From: a bacterium
Lineage (GTDB): Bacteria; Krumholzibacteriota; Krumholzibacteriia; G020349025
Reading direction: 5' to 3'
NCBI GenBank assembly: GCA_031362565.1
Contig: JANLSU010000058.1
Coordinates: forward strand, 1-64,000
Length of the DNA: 64,000 bases
Positions 40,242 to 50,382 of this stretch are shown here, piece by piece. The translations under genes were made by a program, and so were the position numbers. The notes under the pieces are model-generated. The model was not told the origin of the DNA and made no database searches. It worked only from the letters and a program-made list of their open reading frames with translations. Numbering within the stretch: the stretch's first letter is position 1; each line of letters opens with the position of its first letter.

Positions 40242-40341
40242 CGCACCTCGAACCACGTGTGTGGACAGCATCCGTTGTTGCTCTCGCGCCGTTGCATCTG
40301 CAAAATTCGCCCGCAGCGTCGGCAGCGTGGTTCGCGGTGCG
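40242..40341. repeat. 16-bp inverted repeat (1 mismatch) enclosing ~68 nt
   Basis: CGCACCTCGAACCACG(40242-40257) / CGTGGTTCGCGGTGCG(40326-40341). Confidence 0.65.
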
Positions 40342-40359
40342 TCGTCGAAGGGTGGGGGG

Positions 40360-42615
40360 ATGGGCCAGAGAGTGTTACGCGCGATCGTTCTCGTCGCGCT
40401 CTTCGTATTCACGGCTGTTTCGTGGGCGGGCTACCGCGAATCGCAATGGCCGTCGACGCTCAACTGGCGCGGCCTGTCGCGTGCTTCGCACTTGTGCGGT
40501 CCGCTCGGTTTGTCTTTCACCCACGCCAATGTCGCTTTGTTCGGACGCGTCGCGTCGGCGGCGATTCCGCTGCTGTTGGCGCTGGCCGCCGTCGCGACCC
40601 TGCTCGATTGGCAACGGCGCCGCACGCTCGGACACGGCGCGCGCCTGTTGGTGGCGGCGCTTTTCGTCGCGGTTTTGAGCGCCTGGGCGGGCGATGAACT
40701 CGGTGGTTCGGTCGGCCACCTCGAGCTCGAACTCTTGCGGGCCATTCTCGGGCAGGTGGGCGCGACGATTCTGCTCGCGGCGATTCTCGCCGGCGGCTTG
40801 CTGCGTTACGGAACACCGCTCGCACGCCCGGTTCTGGCGCACAGCGGCATCGTCCTCGAGCGCGCCCAAGGTGCCGGAACCGTCGGACGCGAATTCTGGC
40901 AGCGCCTGAAGTCCGATGTGCACGGGCTTTGGCACGGTGCGCCGGACGACGATGAATTCGCGGCCGATCGGCCCGCGCCGCGCGCCGCATCCAAGGCGGT
41001 GCGTCCGGCGGTGGCACGCGACGCAGCCGCGGCGCCGGTGGCGGCGTTAGTGCCGGTGCGCGCCGATGCGCCGCCGCGCATCCGTGACATCAACCGCGCC
41101 CCGCGCCCGCGCGTCATCGAACAATCGGGCGCTCTCCCGGCCGGCGACGAACCCATGGTGCGGTCGCGCGATTCGACGCGCTACCATTTGCCGGCGCAAG
41201 ACCTGCTGACACCGTGCGAGTCCGTGGTCCACGCCGCCAGCGATACCGAACTGTTGGACATGTCGCGCCGGCTCGAGGAGAAACTCGCGGATTTCGGCAT
41301 CGGCGGCCGGGTCGCCGAAGTGCAGCCGGGCCCGGTCATCACGACGTTCGAGTTCGAGCCGGCACCCGGCATCAAGGTGAGCCAGGTCACGAGCCGGGTC
41401 GACGATTTGGCCATGGCGCTGCGGGCGCAATCCATCCGGATGGTGGCGCCGATCCCCGGCAAGGCCGCGATTGGCGTCGAGATTCCGAATCGCGATGCGC
41501 AGATGGTGTCGCTGCACGAGATCATGCACGCCTGGTCCGACGACCTGCGGGTCGGGCCCTTGGGACTGGCACTCGGCAAGACCGTGAGCGGCGATCCGTT
41601 CTTCGCCGATCTCGCCAACATGCCGCACTTGCTGGTGGCCGGTGCGACCGGCTCCGGCAAGAGTGTGTGCATCAACGTCATCCTCTGCAGCTTGCTCCTG
41701 CGGCACGATCCGAACGAGGTCAAGCTGCTGCTCATCGATCCCAAGATGTTGGAGATGAACGCCTACAAGGACATCCCGCACCTCCTGCATCCGGTCGTCA
41801 CCGACCCGAAGGAGGCCTACAAGGCATTGCACTGGCTGACGCTGGAAATGGAGCGCCGCTATCGTGAGTTGGCGCGCGCCAGCGTTCGCAACATCATCGG
41901 CTACAACAAGAAGATCGCCGCCGGTGAAGTACTGGACGAGTCCGGCAAGCCGAAGGACATCCTGCCGTATGTCGTCGTCATCGTCGACGAACTGGCAGAT
42001 CTGATGATCCAGGTCGGCAACGAGATCGAAACGCCGATCGCGCGTTTGGCGCAGATGGCGCGCGCCGTCGGCATCCACCTCGTGCTCGCCACCCAGCGTC
42101 CTTCGGTCGACGTGATCACCGGTGTCATCAAGGCGAATTTCCCGAGCCGCATTGCGTTTCAAGTTTCGTCGCGCGTCGACTCGCGCACCATCTTGGACGG
42201 CAACGGTGCGGAAGCGCTGCTCGGGAGAGGCGACATGCTGTTCCTGGCCGGTGGCCGGCCGGCGCCGATCCGCCTCCACGGGGCCTACGTGAGCGTCGAG
42301 GAGTGCGAACGTATCGCCGAGCACTGGCGCCAATTCGGCCAGGGGGCGGGCAAGATCGACCTGGACGACGCCCGAACCAACGGCCAGGGCGACGCTTCCG
42401 GCGACGACGACCTCTTCGAGGAAGCGCGCCAGGTCATCGTTTCGAGCGGTGTCGCCTCGGTTTCCTATTTGCAGCGCCGCCTCAAAGTGGGCTACTCTCG
42501 GGCGGCCCGCATCATGGACATGCTGGAGGAGGCGGGCGTGGTTGGGCCCGCGATGGGCGCCAAGCCGCGCGAAGTCCTGCAGCGGCTCGAGGACCTCTCC
42601 CCGCTGGCCGATTGA
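40360..42615 (+). CDS. ftsK: DNA translocase FtsK
   Basis: N-terminal TMs; MPHLLVAGATGSGKS, ATQRPSVDVITG, gamma domain LQRRLKVGYSRAAR. Confidence 0.96.
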   Translation: MGQRVLRAIVLVALFVFTAVSWAGYRESQWPSTLNWRGLSRASHLCGPLGLSFTHANVALFGRVASAAIPLLLALAAVATLLDWQRRRTLGHGARLLVAALFVAVLSAWAGDELGGSVGHLELELLRAILGQVGATILLAAILAGGLLRYGTPLARPVLAHSGIVLERAQGAGTVGREFWQRLKSDVHGLWHGAPDDDEFAADRPAPRAASKAVRPAVARDAAAAPVAALVPVRADAPPRIRDINRAPRPRVIEQSGALPAGDEPMVRSRDSTRYHLPAQDLLTPCESVVHAASDTELLDMSRRLEEKLADFGIGGRVAEVQPGPVITTFEFEPAPGIKVSQVTSRVDDLAMALRAQSIRMVAPIPGKAAIGVEIPNRDAQMVSLHEIMHAWSDDLRVGPLGLALGKTVSGDPFFADLANMPHLLVAGATGSGKSVCINVILCSLLLRHDPNEVKLLLIDPKMLEMNAYKDIPHLLHPVVTDPKEAYKALHWLTLEMERRYRELARASVRNIIGYNKKIAAGEVLDESGKPKDILPYVVVIVDELADLMIQVGNEIETPIARLAQMARAVGIHLVLATQRPSVDVITGVIKANFPSRIAFQVSSRVDSRTILDGNGAEALLGRGDMLFLAGGRPAPIRLHGAYVSVEECERIAEHWRQFGQGAGKIDLDDARTNGQGDASGDDDLFEEARQVIVSSGVASVSYLQRRLKVGYSRAARIMDMLEEAGVVGPAMGAKPREVLQRLEDLSPLAD

Positions 42616-42628
42616 CCCCCGGAATCAC

Positions 42629-44140
42629 ATGAGTGTCGTCCATTTCAGGCCCCCGGCCCCGACGCGCCCCGCTCCGGCGGCAGGTGCGCCCTTGGCGCCC
42701 TTGGCGGGCTTGCGCGTCTACCTGGACTCGCTGGGATGCGCCAAGAACCTCGTTGACTCCGAGGCCACTCTGGGGCTCCTGGCGGGTCAGGGGTGCATCA
42801 CGGTGCCCGAGCCGGAGGATGCGGACCTCATGGTGGTCAACACCTGCGGCTTCTTGGAGCAGGCGCGCGAGGAGTCGATCGAGCGCATTCTGGAGCTCGC
42901 ACAGTTGAAAACTCTCGGCCGCCCGCGGGTCCTCGCGGTGTTGGGCTGCCTGGTGGCGCGCGCCGCCGAAGAACTGGCGGAGTCGATTCCCGAAGTCGAC
43001 GTCTGGCTGCCGGCTGGCCATCACGCCGATCTGGGAGCCCGCGTTGCGGCGCGTCTCGGTTCACTGCCGGCGCTCGAAGTGCGCCAAGCCACCGATCGAT
43101 CGGGGAGCGGGCGCGCTCCGGCCAGTGCGTTCTCGGGCTTCGGCACTCGGGTCCTCCTCACGCCGGCGCACACTGCCTATCTGAAGATCTCCGAAGGCTG
43201 CACCAACGCCTGCACCTTTTGTTCGATTCCGCTCATGCGCGGTTTGCAACGCAGCCGGCCGCTCGCGGCTATTGTCGAAGAGGCTGCCGCACTCGCGGCG
43301 CGCGGTGTCCGCGAACTGCACTTGGTCGCGCAGGACTTGACGCACTATGGATTCGACGCCGGCGAGGGCCACGATCTGCTCGACCTGGCGGTGGCGTTGG
43401 GTGGCGTCGCGGGAATCGAGTGGATTCGTTTCTTGTACGCGCATCCGGCGCACCTGACGCCACGGCTCTTGGAAGGCTTGTTCGAAGTCCCTCAGGTCGT
43501 GCGCTATCTCGACATGCCGGTGCAGCACGCTTCGCCGCGTATTTTGCAGGCCATGCGCCGGCCTTATTCACCGGAGCGCGTCCGGCGGCAACTCGCGGCT
43601 CTGCGCGCCAAGGTCCCGGGGATCACGTTACGCAGCACGGTCATCGTTGGATTTCCCGGCGAAACCGAACGCGACTTCGACCTGTTGTGCCGTTTCGTGT
43701 CGGACGTGCGTTACGACCGGCTCGGGACCTTCACCTATTCGCGCGAGCCTGGCACTCCGGCGGCGGATTTGCCGGGACGGCCGCGCACGAGCACGGCGCA
43801 ACGCCGCTTGAATGTAATCACCGAACTGCAGATGGAAATTGCCGCCCAACAGGCCCAGGCGCGAGTCGGCCAACGGTTGCGGGTTCTCGTCGACGGGCCG
43901 GTGTCGCCCGAGGAAGCCACTGAGAGCCCCATGGCGGCGGGGGCCATCGCGCGCGCGCGCAGCGAGGGCGAGGCGCTGGATATCGACGGCACGGTATACG
44001 TGGTGGCGGCGCCGGGCACGGTGATTCCGGCCGGCGCTTTCGTCGAGGTCGAGATCGAAGCCGCCGACGTTTTCGATCTGCGCGCCCGGGTGCTCGGCCG
44101 TGGTCCAGGAGCATCGTTGCAACCATCGATTGTTGCTTGA
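42629..44140 (+). CDS. rimO: Ribosomal protein S12 methylthiotransferase
   Basis: SLGCAKNLVDSE, NTCGF, YLKISEGCTNACTFC, TRAM domain. Confidence 0.95.
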   Translation: MSVVHFRPPAPTRPAPAAGAPLAPLAGLRVYLDSLGCAKNLVDSEATLGLLAGQGCITVPEPEDADLMVVNTCGFLEQAREESIERILELAQLKTLGRPRVLAVLGCLVARAAEELAESIPEVDVWLPAGHHADLGARVAARLGSLPALEVRQATDRSGSGRAPASAFSGFGTRVLLTPAHTAYLKISEGCTNACTFCSIPLMRGLQRSRPLAAIVEEAAALAARGVRELHLVAQDLTHYGFDAGEGHDLLDLAVALGGVAGIEWIRFLYAHPAHLTPRLLEGLFEVPQVVRYLDMPVQHASPRILQAMRRPYSPERVRRQLAALRAKVPGITLRSTVIVGFPGETERDFDLLCRFVSDVRYDRLGTFTYSREPGTPAADLPGRPRTSTAQRRLNVITELQMEIAAQQAQARVGQRLRVLVDGPVSPEEATESPMAAGAIARARSEGEALDIDGTVYVVAAPGTVIPAGAFVEVEIEAADVFDLRARVLGRGPGASLQPSIVA

Positions 44141-44223
44141 CTTGCAGTCGCGATTCCCGTAACTGGAGGCGTCGGAGCCAAGCGGCACCGCCTGAACCCT
44201 TGGCCGAGTGGAGGCGATCTCGC

Positions 44224-44865
44224 GTGTCATCCAAGCTGCGCCACGCAGCACTCGTGTCCTTGGTCGTGCTGATCGGCGCCCAAACCAGAGCGGCCGGCGC
44301 CGAGCCACTGCCGACCAACTATGAACTCGTGCAGGCGGCAACGCGGGTCGCGTGCGCGAAACTCGTCGAGGGCATGCGGTCACACCTCGGCACCGGGGCG
44401 GTGAGCGTACACGCCGTGGGTACGGCCCCCAGCCACTTCTTGGTCGAGAATATCCTGACCGCGGCCCTGACCGAGAGCGGCATCAAGGTCACGACGCGCG
44501 CCGATTCGGTAAGCCCGGTGATCGAATTCGAGGTCGTGGATCTCGGCTTGGCGTACATCGGCGCGCACCGGTCGCCGCCGTGGATCGGCCATCGCAGCAT
44601 CGACCGGACGGCCCGTGCCCGGCTCTTCGCGCGGGTCGTGGATCCGGTGCAAGCGCGGATCGTTTGGGCCGATCAGGCCGAAGGCCATCGCACCGACCGG
44701 GTGGCGCAGTCGGCACTCAACCGCCTCGAAGAAGAAAAACCGACGGCGTACGAGAAGCCCGCCCGTCCGCCCGGCCGATGGAATAAAGTGGTCGAGCCCG
44801 TCGTCGTCACTGGCATCGTGGTGGGCTTGATCGCGCTGTTCTTTTCGAACCAGTCGACGAAGTGA
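44224..44865 (+). CDS. Hypothetical exported protein with C-terminal membrane anchor
   Basis: Signal peptide; C-terminal VVEPVVVTGIVVGLIALFFSN; SD GGAGG. Confidence 0.65.
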   Translation: MSSKLRHAALVSLVVLIGAQTRAAGAEPLPTNYELVQAATRVACAKLVEGMRSHLGTGAVSVHAVGTAPSHFLVENILTAALTESGIKVTTRADSVSPVIEFEVVDLGLAYIGAHRSPPWIGHRSIDRTARARLFARVVDPVQARIVWADQAEGHRTDRVAQSALNRLEEEKPTAYEKPARPPGRWNKVVEPVVVTGIVVGLIALFFSNQSTK

Positions 44866-45644
44866 GCCTCGCGGTTTGGGAGGGAGTCGGCTTGGACATC
44901 GGCAGTTTGCTCGCGCGTGGCAAGGGCCTGCTCGACGCGGGCAAGTACGGCGATGCGGTGCAGTGTCTCGAGAGTGCGGTGCACCGCCAGCCGGATTTTC
45001 CGGACCTGCACAATCTTCTGGGTCTGGCGCTCTCCATGGCGGGGGAGCCGCTGCGGGCGGAATCGCATCTGGCACGCGCCCTCGAGCTCAATCCGAACTA
45101 CGCCGAGGCGCACCTGAACATCGCGATCCTGCTGTTCGAGCGCAATGCCTACAACGCGGCGCGCGAACACATGCGGGAATTCAATCGCATCGTGCGCAGC
45201 AATCCGCGCGGCTTTCCCGATCCGGCCCTGGATGATCTGGCGCGCCGCCATGCGGATTTGGCGGAGCGCTATCGTGCCTGCGGGCTTCTGGACGAGGCGG
45301 AGACGCAGTTGCGCGCCGCGCTGCGCTTGCGCCCGGCGTACGGCGATTTGCGTTTGCAGCTCGGGCGTGTTTTGTTCGAACGCGCCAAGTTGGACGAAGC
45401 CTCTCAACAAGTCGAGGTCCTGCTGCAACAGACTCCGGAATACCCCGAAGCGTTCTTGCTGCGCGGCCAGATCGAGCTCGCACGCGGTAACGCCGACGGC
45501 GCGCGTCAGGCCTGGCAGCGGATTGGACAGGGCACCGCCGGCACCCAAGCGCGGGCGCTCCTCGACCAACTGGAAATCGATCTGCGGGCGCGCCGCAACG
45601 CCCCTTCCCCGGAGGGTTCGCGTTATGCGGGCGGGCGGCCGTAA
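44862..45644 (+). CDS. TPR protein
   Basis: DLHNLLG, ALELNPNYAEAHLN, PAYGDLRLQLG. Confidence 0.8.
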   Translation: MSLAVWEGVGLDIGSLLARGKGLLDAGKYGDAVQCLESAVHRQPDFPDLHNLLGLALSMAGEPLRAESHLARALELNPNYAEAHLNIAILLFERNAYNAAREHMREFNRIVRSNPRGFPDPALDDLARRHADLAERYRACGLLDEAETQLRAALRLRPAYGDLRLQLGRVLFERAKLDEASQQVEVLLQQTPEYPEAFLLRGQIELARGNADGARQAWQRIGQGTAGTQARALLDQLEIDLRARRNAPSPEGSRYAGGRP

Positions 45645-46503
45645 GCCAGGCGCCGTGGCCCCCCGACCGGGGTCCCGGCGCCCGAGCCGTTGGTCGCACC
45701 TCGTGTCCCTGGCTTGCGCCGGCCTCGGCGCCGTGGCCGGTTGCGGCGGGCCGCGCGTCGCGATCGCTCCTACCGATCCGCTGTATGAATTCCGCGTCGG
45801 GTTGGCCGACAACGCCCGGCATCACTGGGTCGAGGCCCAGGACCATCTGAAGCGCTTCCTGGATTTGCATCCGGGTCACGTCAACGCCGATTCAGCGCAG
45901 TACGAGCTCGGGCTCGCCAAGATGGGCGCGCACCTGTATCCCGAAGCCGCGGTGGAATTCCAGATTCTCGGCCAGGAATACCCTCGCAGCCCGCTGCGGC
46001 CGGCTGCCAGCTTCCAGGAATGTGTGAGCTATGTGAAGCAAGTACGTTCAACACAGCTCGATCCGACGCCGGCGATCCGCGCCCAGACGTGCTTGGACGA
46101 ATACATGCTGCGTTTTCCGGGCGCCGCCGACAGTGCCGCGGCCGTGAACCACCTGCGGGATCTCGCCGACCACCTCGCGGAAAAGGATCTGCGGCTCGGC
46201 CGCATGTTCGTGCGCATGAAACGGCCGCGCGCCGCGCGTGTCTACCTGCAGAACGTGTTGCACGCGACTCCGGGGTCGCGTTGGGAGCCGGAGGCGCTGC
46301 TCTATTTGGGCCAAGTCGAGGAGCTCGAAGCACAGCCGGCCGAGGCAGCCAAAGCCTACCGGCGCGTGGTCACGGAACATGGCGGAACCGAAGCCGCGCG
46401 CCCGGCGCGCGAGCGTCTCGACAAACTCGTGGCGCGCCACCCGGAACTGGCGCAGGACACCGCGTCTCCCGCTCCGCCACCGCCGCCCGCCCCGGCGCCA
46501 TGA
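45625..46503 (+). CDS. bamD: Outer-membrane protein assembly lipoprotein BamD
   Basis: Lipobox VAGC; TPRs; HLAEKDLRLGRMF..AARVY pattern. Confidence 0.8.
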   Translation: MRAGGRKPGAVAPRPGSRRPSRWSHLVSLACAGLGAVAGCGGPRVAIAPTDPLYEFRVGLADNARHHWVEAQDHLKRFLDLHPGHVNADSAQYELGLAKMGAHLYPEAAVEFQILGQEYPRSPLRPAASFQECVSYVKQVRSTQLDPTPAIRAQTCLDEYMLRFPGAADSAAAVNHLRDLADHLAEKDLRLGRMFVRMKRPRAARVYLQNVLHATPGSRWEPEALLYLGQVEELEAQPAEAAKAYRRVVTEHGGTEAARPARERLDKLVARHPELAQDTASPAPPPPPAPAP

Positions 46504-47096
46504 AAGCCCGCGTGCGCCGCGCGGTCTTCGGCGGCAGTTTCGATCCGATTCACTTTGGCCATCTCCTGGTCGCCGAAATGTTGCGTGAACGCGCCGATTT
46601 GGACGAGATCGTGTTCATGCCGGCGGCGCGCTCACCCCACAAGCAAGGCACCGGCGCGCCACAGGCGGCGCGTTTGGCGATGTTGCGCTTGGCGGTGCGT
46701 GGCAACCCACACTTCCGGGTCAGCAGCCTCGAACTCGGGCGTGCCGGCCCCTCCTACACGATCGACACGATTCGGGTCTTGGCGCGCCGTTGGCACGCGC
46801 GGCCGTTGTGGATCCTGGGCGGCGATTCGTTGCTCGAGCTGCACACTTGGCGTGAAGCGGCGGCGTTGCTGCGCGAGGCTCGTTGGATCGCCTACGCGCG
46901 GCCTGGCGCCGAAGCCGCCAAGGCGCGCGCCGAAGAACTCGGCATTGCCTATCACGAACAGGTGCTCTCGCCGCTCACGAGCCGCGAACTGCGGGCGCGG
47001 GCGCGGCGTGGGCAGAGCCTGCGATATCAAGTGCCCGAGCCGGTGCGGCGTTACATCGAACGGCATCGTCTGTACCGCGTCGGGGCGGCGCGATGA
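46500..47096 (+). CDS. nadD: Nicotinate-nucleotide adenylyltransferase
   Basis: FGGSFDPIHFGHL, SPHK, SYTIDT, YIERHRLY. Confidence 0.94.
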   Translation: MKARVRRAVFGGSFDPIHFGHLLVAEMLRERADLDEIVFMPAARSPHKQGTGAPQAARLAMLRLAVRGNPHFRVSSLELGRAGPSYTIDTIRVLARRWHARPLWILGGDSLLELHTWREAAALLREARWIAYARPGAEAAKARAEELGIAYHEQVLSPLTSRELRARARRGQSLRYQVPEPVRRYIERHRLYRVGAAR

Positions 47097-49756
47097 ATGC
47101 GCTCCTTGTGGATGGCAGCGGACTCGCGTATCGCTCCTACTTTGCCTTCGTGCGCAATCCGCTGCGTTCGACGCGCGGCGAGGAAACCAGCCTCTCCTAC
47201 GGCTTCTTGACCGCCGTGCTGCGCTGGTGCGAGCGCTATGCGCCGGAGCACGTGGCGATCGTCTTCGATCCCCCTGGCCGCACGCATCGTCATGCGCTGT
47301 ATGCGGAATACAAGGCGCAGCGCCCGGCCCGGCCCGAAGGCCTGGTGGCGCAGCAGCCGCGCCTGCGCGAAGTGCTGGCGGCGTTGCGCGTCGCGGTGGT
47401 GGAGATCCCGGGCTGGGAAGCAGACGACGTGCTGGCGACTCTGGCGCGGCGTTTCGAAGCCGCTGGATCCAACGTCTGGCTCGCCACGGCCGACAAGGAT
47501 TTGCAACAGCTGGTGTCGCCGCGAGTCCGGCTCGTGCGTCCGGCGCCGATGGGGAACGACGCGGAGATGGGGCCCGCCGAACTCGAGGAACGCACCGGTT
47601 TGCGGCCGGAGCAGATTGTCGATTGGCTGGCACTCGCCGGTGATGCATCGGACAACATCCCCGGCGTGGCCGGTGTTGGCGACAAGACCGCCCTCGAACT
47701 GCTGCGCGAACACGGCACCCTCGCCGGGGTCTACGCGGACCTCGATCGTGTGACGCGTCCGGCGGTGCGCCGCCGGCTGGAAGCAGGCCGGGCGGCGGCC
47801 GAGTTGTCGCGCACGCTGGTCGAACTGCGCAGCGACGCGCCGGTCGACGCGACGGGACTCGATTGGCCGGGCATCGATTGGGCGGTGCTCACGCCGCTCC
47901 TCGAGCACTTGGAGTTCTTCCAGATTCTGCGTCAGAAACCGGCCGTCGCTCGGTCCGGTGGTGCACCGCTCGGGGTTGCGACGGCGATCGCCGCCGACGG
48001 GCCAGCGTGGCGCGCGGCTCTCGAAGCCGCATCGGGTGCCGGTGCGATCGCGATCGCCGCGGCGTTCGACGGTGTGCCGCGCGTTGCGCCAGTCACTGCG
48101 GTCGCGGTCGCTTGGGGGGATCGGACGGCGGTTGCGGCCGACGTCGCGTCCGTTCCGCCGGCGCCACGTCCGGGCGAACTCGACCTGCGCCTACCCGCCG
48201 GCCGCGGCGTTCCGGAAGCCGCACTTGTCGCCGCACTGCAGCCGCTGCTCGCGGATCCGGCGCGGATCAAGATTGGTTTCGATTGCAAAGCCCTGGCGTT
48301 CACCCTGGCGCGTGCGGGCGCGCCGATGCCGGGTCCGTATTTCGATACGCTGCTCGCGGCCTATGTTCTGGATCCCGGCCGCCGCACCGGTTCGATCGCC
48401 GCGCTGGCGCAGGAACACCTCGGGCTCGCTCTCGACGTGACCGCATCGGACGCCGCGGCGCAGGGGGCAGCCGCAACCGCGCTGTGGGCGTTGCGAGACG
48501 TCCTCACCCGCCAACTGGAAAGCGACGGGTTGGCGGCGCTTTTCCGCGACGTCGAGACGCCGCTCGTCGAAGTGCTCTTGGCGATGGAACTCGAAGGTGT
48601 CGGAATCGATCGCGCCAGTTTGGACGCCTTGGCCGCCGATCTCGAGCAACGCGCCGCGGGGCTTGCCGAATCGATCTATGCGGCGTGCGGCCGGCGCTTC
48701 AATTTGCAATCGACCCAACAACTCGGCCAAGTGCTATTCAACGAACTCGCGTTGCCGCATGGCCGGCGCACGCGCACCGGTTGGTCGACGGATGTCGATG
48801 TGCTCGAGCGGCTCGCCGGGTCGCACGCGGTTGCGGCACAGTTGCTCGAGCACCGGCAGTTGATGAAATTGCGCTCGACGTACGCCGAAGCGCTGCCGCG
48901 CCTCATGGATCCGGCGACCGGCCGGATTCACACGCGTTTCAATCAGACCGTTGCTTCGACCGGCCGGTTGTCGTCGTCCGATCCGAATCTGCAGAACATT
49001 CCGATTCGGACCGAACTCGGGCGGCGCATCCGTGCCGCCTTCGTGCCACGGGACCGGAACGGTTGGATGCTCGCTGCCGACTATTCGCAGATCGAACTGC
49101 GGCTCCTGGCGCACTTATCACAGGACCCCGCACTGGTTGCCGCCTTCCAGCAAGGCCAGGACGTGCACCAGCAGACGGCGGCCCGGGTCTTTGGCTGTGA
49201 TCTAGCGGCGGTCACCCCCGAGCAGCGCGCCGCCGCCAAGACCGTCAACTTCGGCGTCATCTACGGCATGGGGCCGCGTGGTTTGGCCGACCGGCTCGGG
49301 ATTCCGCTGGCGGAGGCGAAGCGTTTCATCGACGAATACTTCGCCGGTTATCCCGGGGTTCGCGCCTTCACCCACGAGCTTGTCGAACGGGCGCGCGCCA
49401 ATGGCTTCACGACGACCTTGCTCGGCCGCCGCATGCGCCTGCCGGGCATCGCGAGTTCGCAGCCCGCGGAACGCGCCGGCGCCGAACGGGTCGCGATCAA
49501 CGCCCCCATTCAGGGCAGCGCCGCCGATTTGATCAAGGTGGCGATGCTGCGTGTCCACCGCCGCTTGCAAGCGGCCGGACTGCGCTCGCGCTTGGTGCTG
49601 CAAGTGCACGACGAATTGGTCTTCGATGTCGCTGCCGGCGAGCAGGACGAAGTCGCGGCCATCGCGCAGAGCGAGATGGAGGGCGCCGTACCGCTTCGGG
49701 TGCCGGTTGTCGTCGATGTGGGCTGCGGGGCGACTTGGGCGGAGGCGCACCGATGA
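47093..49756 (+). CDS. polA: DNA polymerase I
   Basis: 5'-3' exonuclease (EADD, GDASDNIPGV); polymerase TGRLSSSDPNLQNIP, DYSQIELR, AKTVNFGVIYG, QVHDEL. Confidence 0.97.
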   Translation: MNALLVDGSGLAYRSYFAFVRNPLRSTRGEETSLSYGFLTAVLRWCERYAPEHVAIVFDPPGRTHRHALYAEYKAQRPARPEGLVAQQPRLREVLAALRVAVVEIPGWEADDVLATLARRFEAAGSNVWLATADKDLQQLVSPRVRLVRPAPMGNDAEMGPAELEERTGLRPEQIVDWLALAGDASDNIPGVAGVGDKTALELLREHGTLAGVYADLDRVTRPAVRRRLEAGRAAAELSRTLVELRSDAPVDATGLDWPGIDWAVLTPLLEHLEFFQILRQKPAVARSGGAPLGVATAIAADGPAWRAALEAASGAGAIAIAAAFDGVPRVAPVTAVAVAWGDRTAVAADVASVPPAPRPGELDLRLPAGRGVPEAALVAALQPLLADPARIKIGFDCKALAFTLARAGAPMPGPYFDTLLAAYVLDPGRRTGSIAALAQEHLGLALDVTASDAAAQGAAATALWALRDVLTRQLESDGLAALFRDVETPLVEVLLAMELEGVGIDRASLDALAADLEQRAAGLAESIYAACGRRFNLQSTQQLGQVLFNELALPHGRRTRTGWSTDVDVLERLAGSHAVAAQLLEHRQLMKLRSTYAEALPRLMDPATGRIHTRFNQTVASTGRLSSSDPNLQNIPIRTELGRRIRAAFVPRDRNGWMLAADYSQIELRLLAHLSQDPALVAAFQQGQDVHQQTAARVFGCDLAAVTPEQRAAAKTVNFGVIYGMGPRGLADRLGIPLAEAKRFIDEYFAGYPGVRAFTHELVERARANGFTTTLLGRRMRLPGIASSQPAERAGAERVAINAPIQGSAADLIKVAMLRVHRRLQAAGLRSRLVLQVHDELVFDVAAGEQDEVAAIAQSEMEGAVPLRVPVVVDVGCGATWAEAHR

Positions 49757-50382
49757 AGGTCTACGCCCTGGTCGGTGGGATGGCGGCCGGAAAATCGACG
49801 GTGGCGCGCCGGATCGCGCGCCGCTACGGTGGGCACTGGCTCGAGGCCGATCGGGCTGGGCATCAGGTGCTGCGTCTCGAGCGCGTCCGGCAGCGATTGC
49901 TGGCTCTCTTCGGGCCTGCTATCTTGGCCGCGGACGGCGCCATCGACCGGCGACGCTTGGGCCGGCGAGTCTTCGGCGACCCGGCCCGCCTTGCGGCTCT
50001 CGATCGTGTCGTGCATCCCGAAATTGCGGCTCGGGTGCGGCGGCGAATCGGCGCCTTCGAACGCCGCGGCGCGGCGTTCGTGCTCTTGGATGCGGCGCTG
50101 TTTTTCGAAATCGACCTGGGACAACCGGTGGACGGCGTGTTGGCGGTCGTCGCGCCGCGGCGGGTGCGCCGCCAGCGCCTTCGCGACCGCGGCCAATGGA
50201 CCTTGGCGGAGATCGACGCACGGCTCGCGAGCCAGCCCCGGGTGGGCGCTTGGGCGCGCCGGGCCGACGTGCGCTTGATCAACGACGGCGACCGGCGGAC
50301 TCTCGACGCACGAATCGATGTGGCTTGGAAAGCGCTCCGTCGCGTTCCGACGCGGCGGCGGCGCGGGAGGGGACGAACATGA
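49753..50382 (+). CDS. coaE: Dephospho-CoA kinase
   Basis: GGMAAGKSTV, IDRRRLG..VF, HP, RLASQ. Confidence 0.92.
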   Translation: MKVYALVGGMAAGKSTVARRIARRYGGHWLEADRAGHQVLRLERVRQRLLALFGPAILAADGAIDRRRLGRRVFGDPARLAALDRVVHPEIAARVRRRIGAFERRGAAFVLLDAALFFEIDLGQPVDGVLAVVAPRRVRRQRLRDRGQWTLAEIDARLASQPRVGAWARRADVRLINDGDRRTLDARIDVAWKALRRVPTRRRRGRGRT

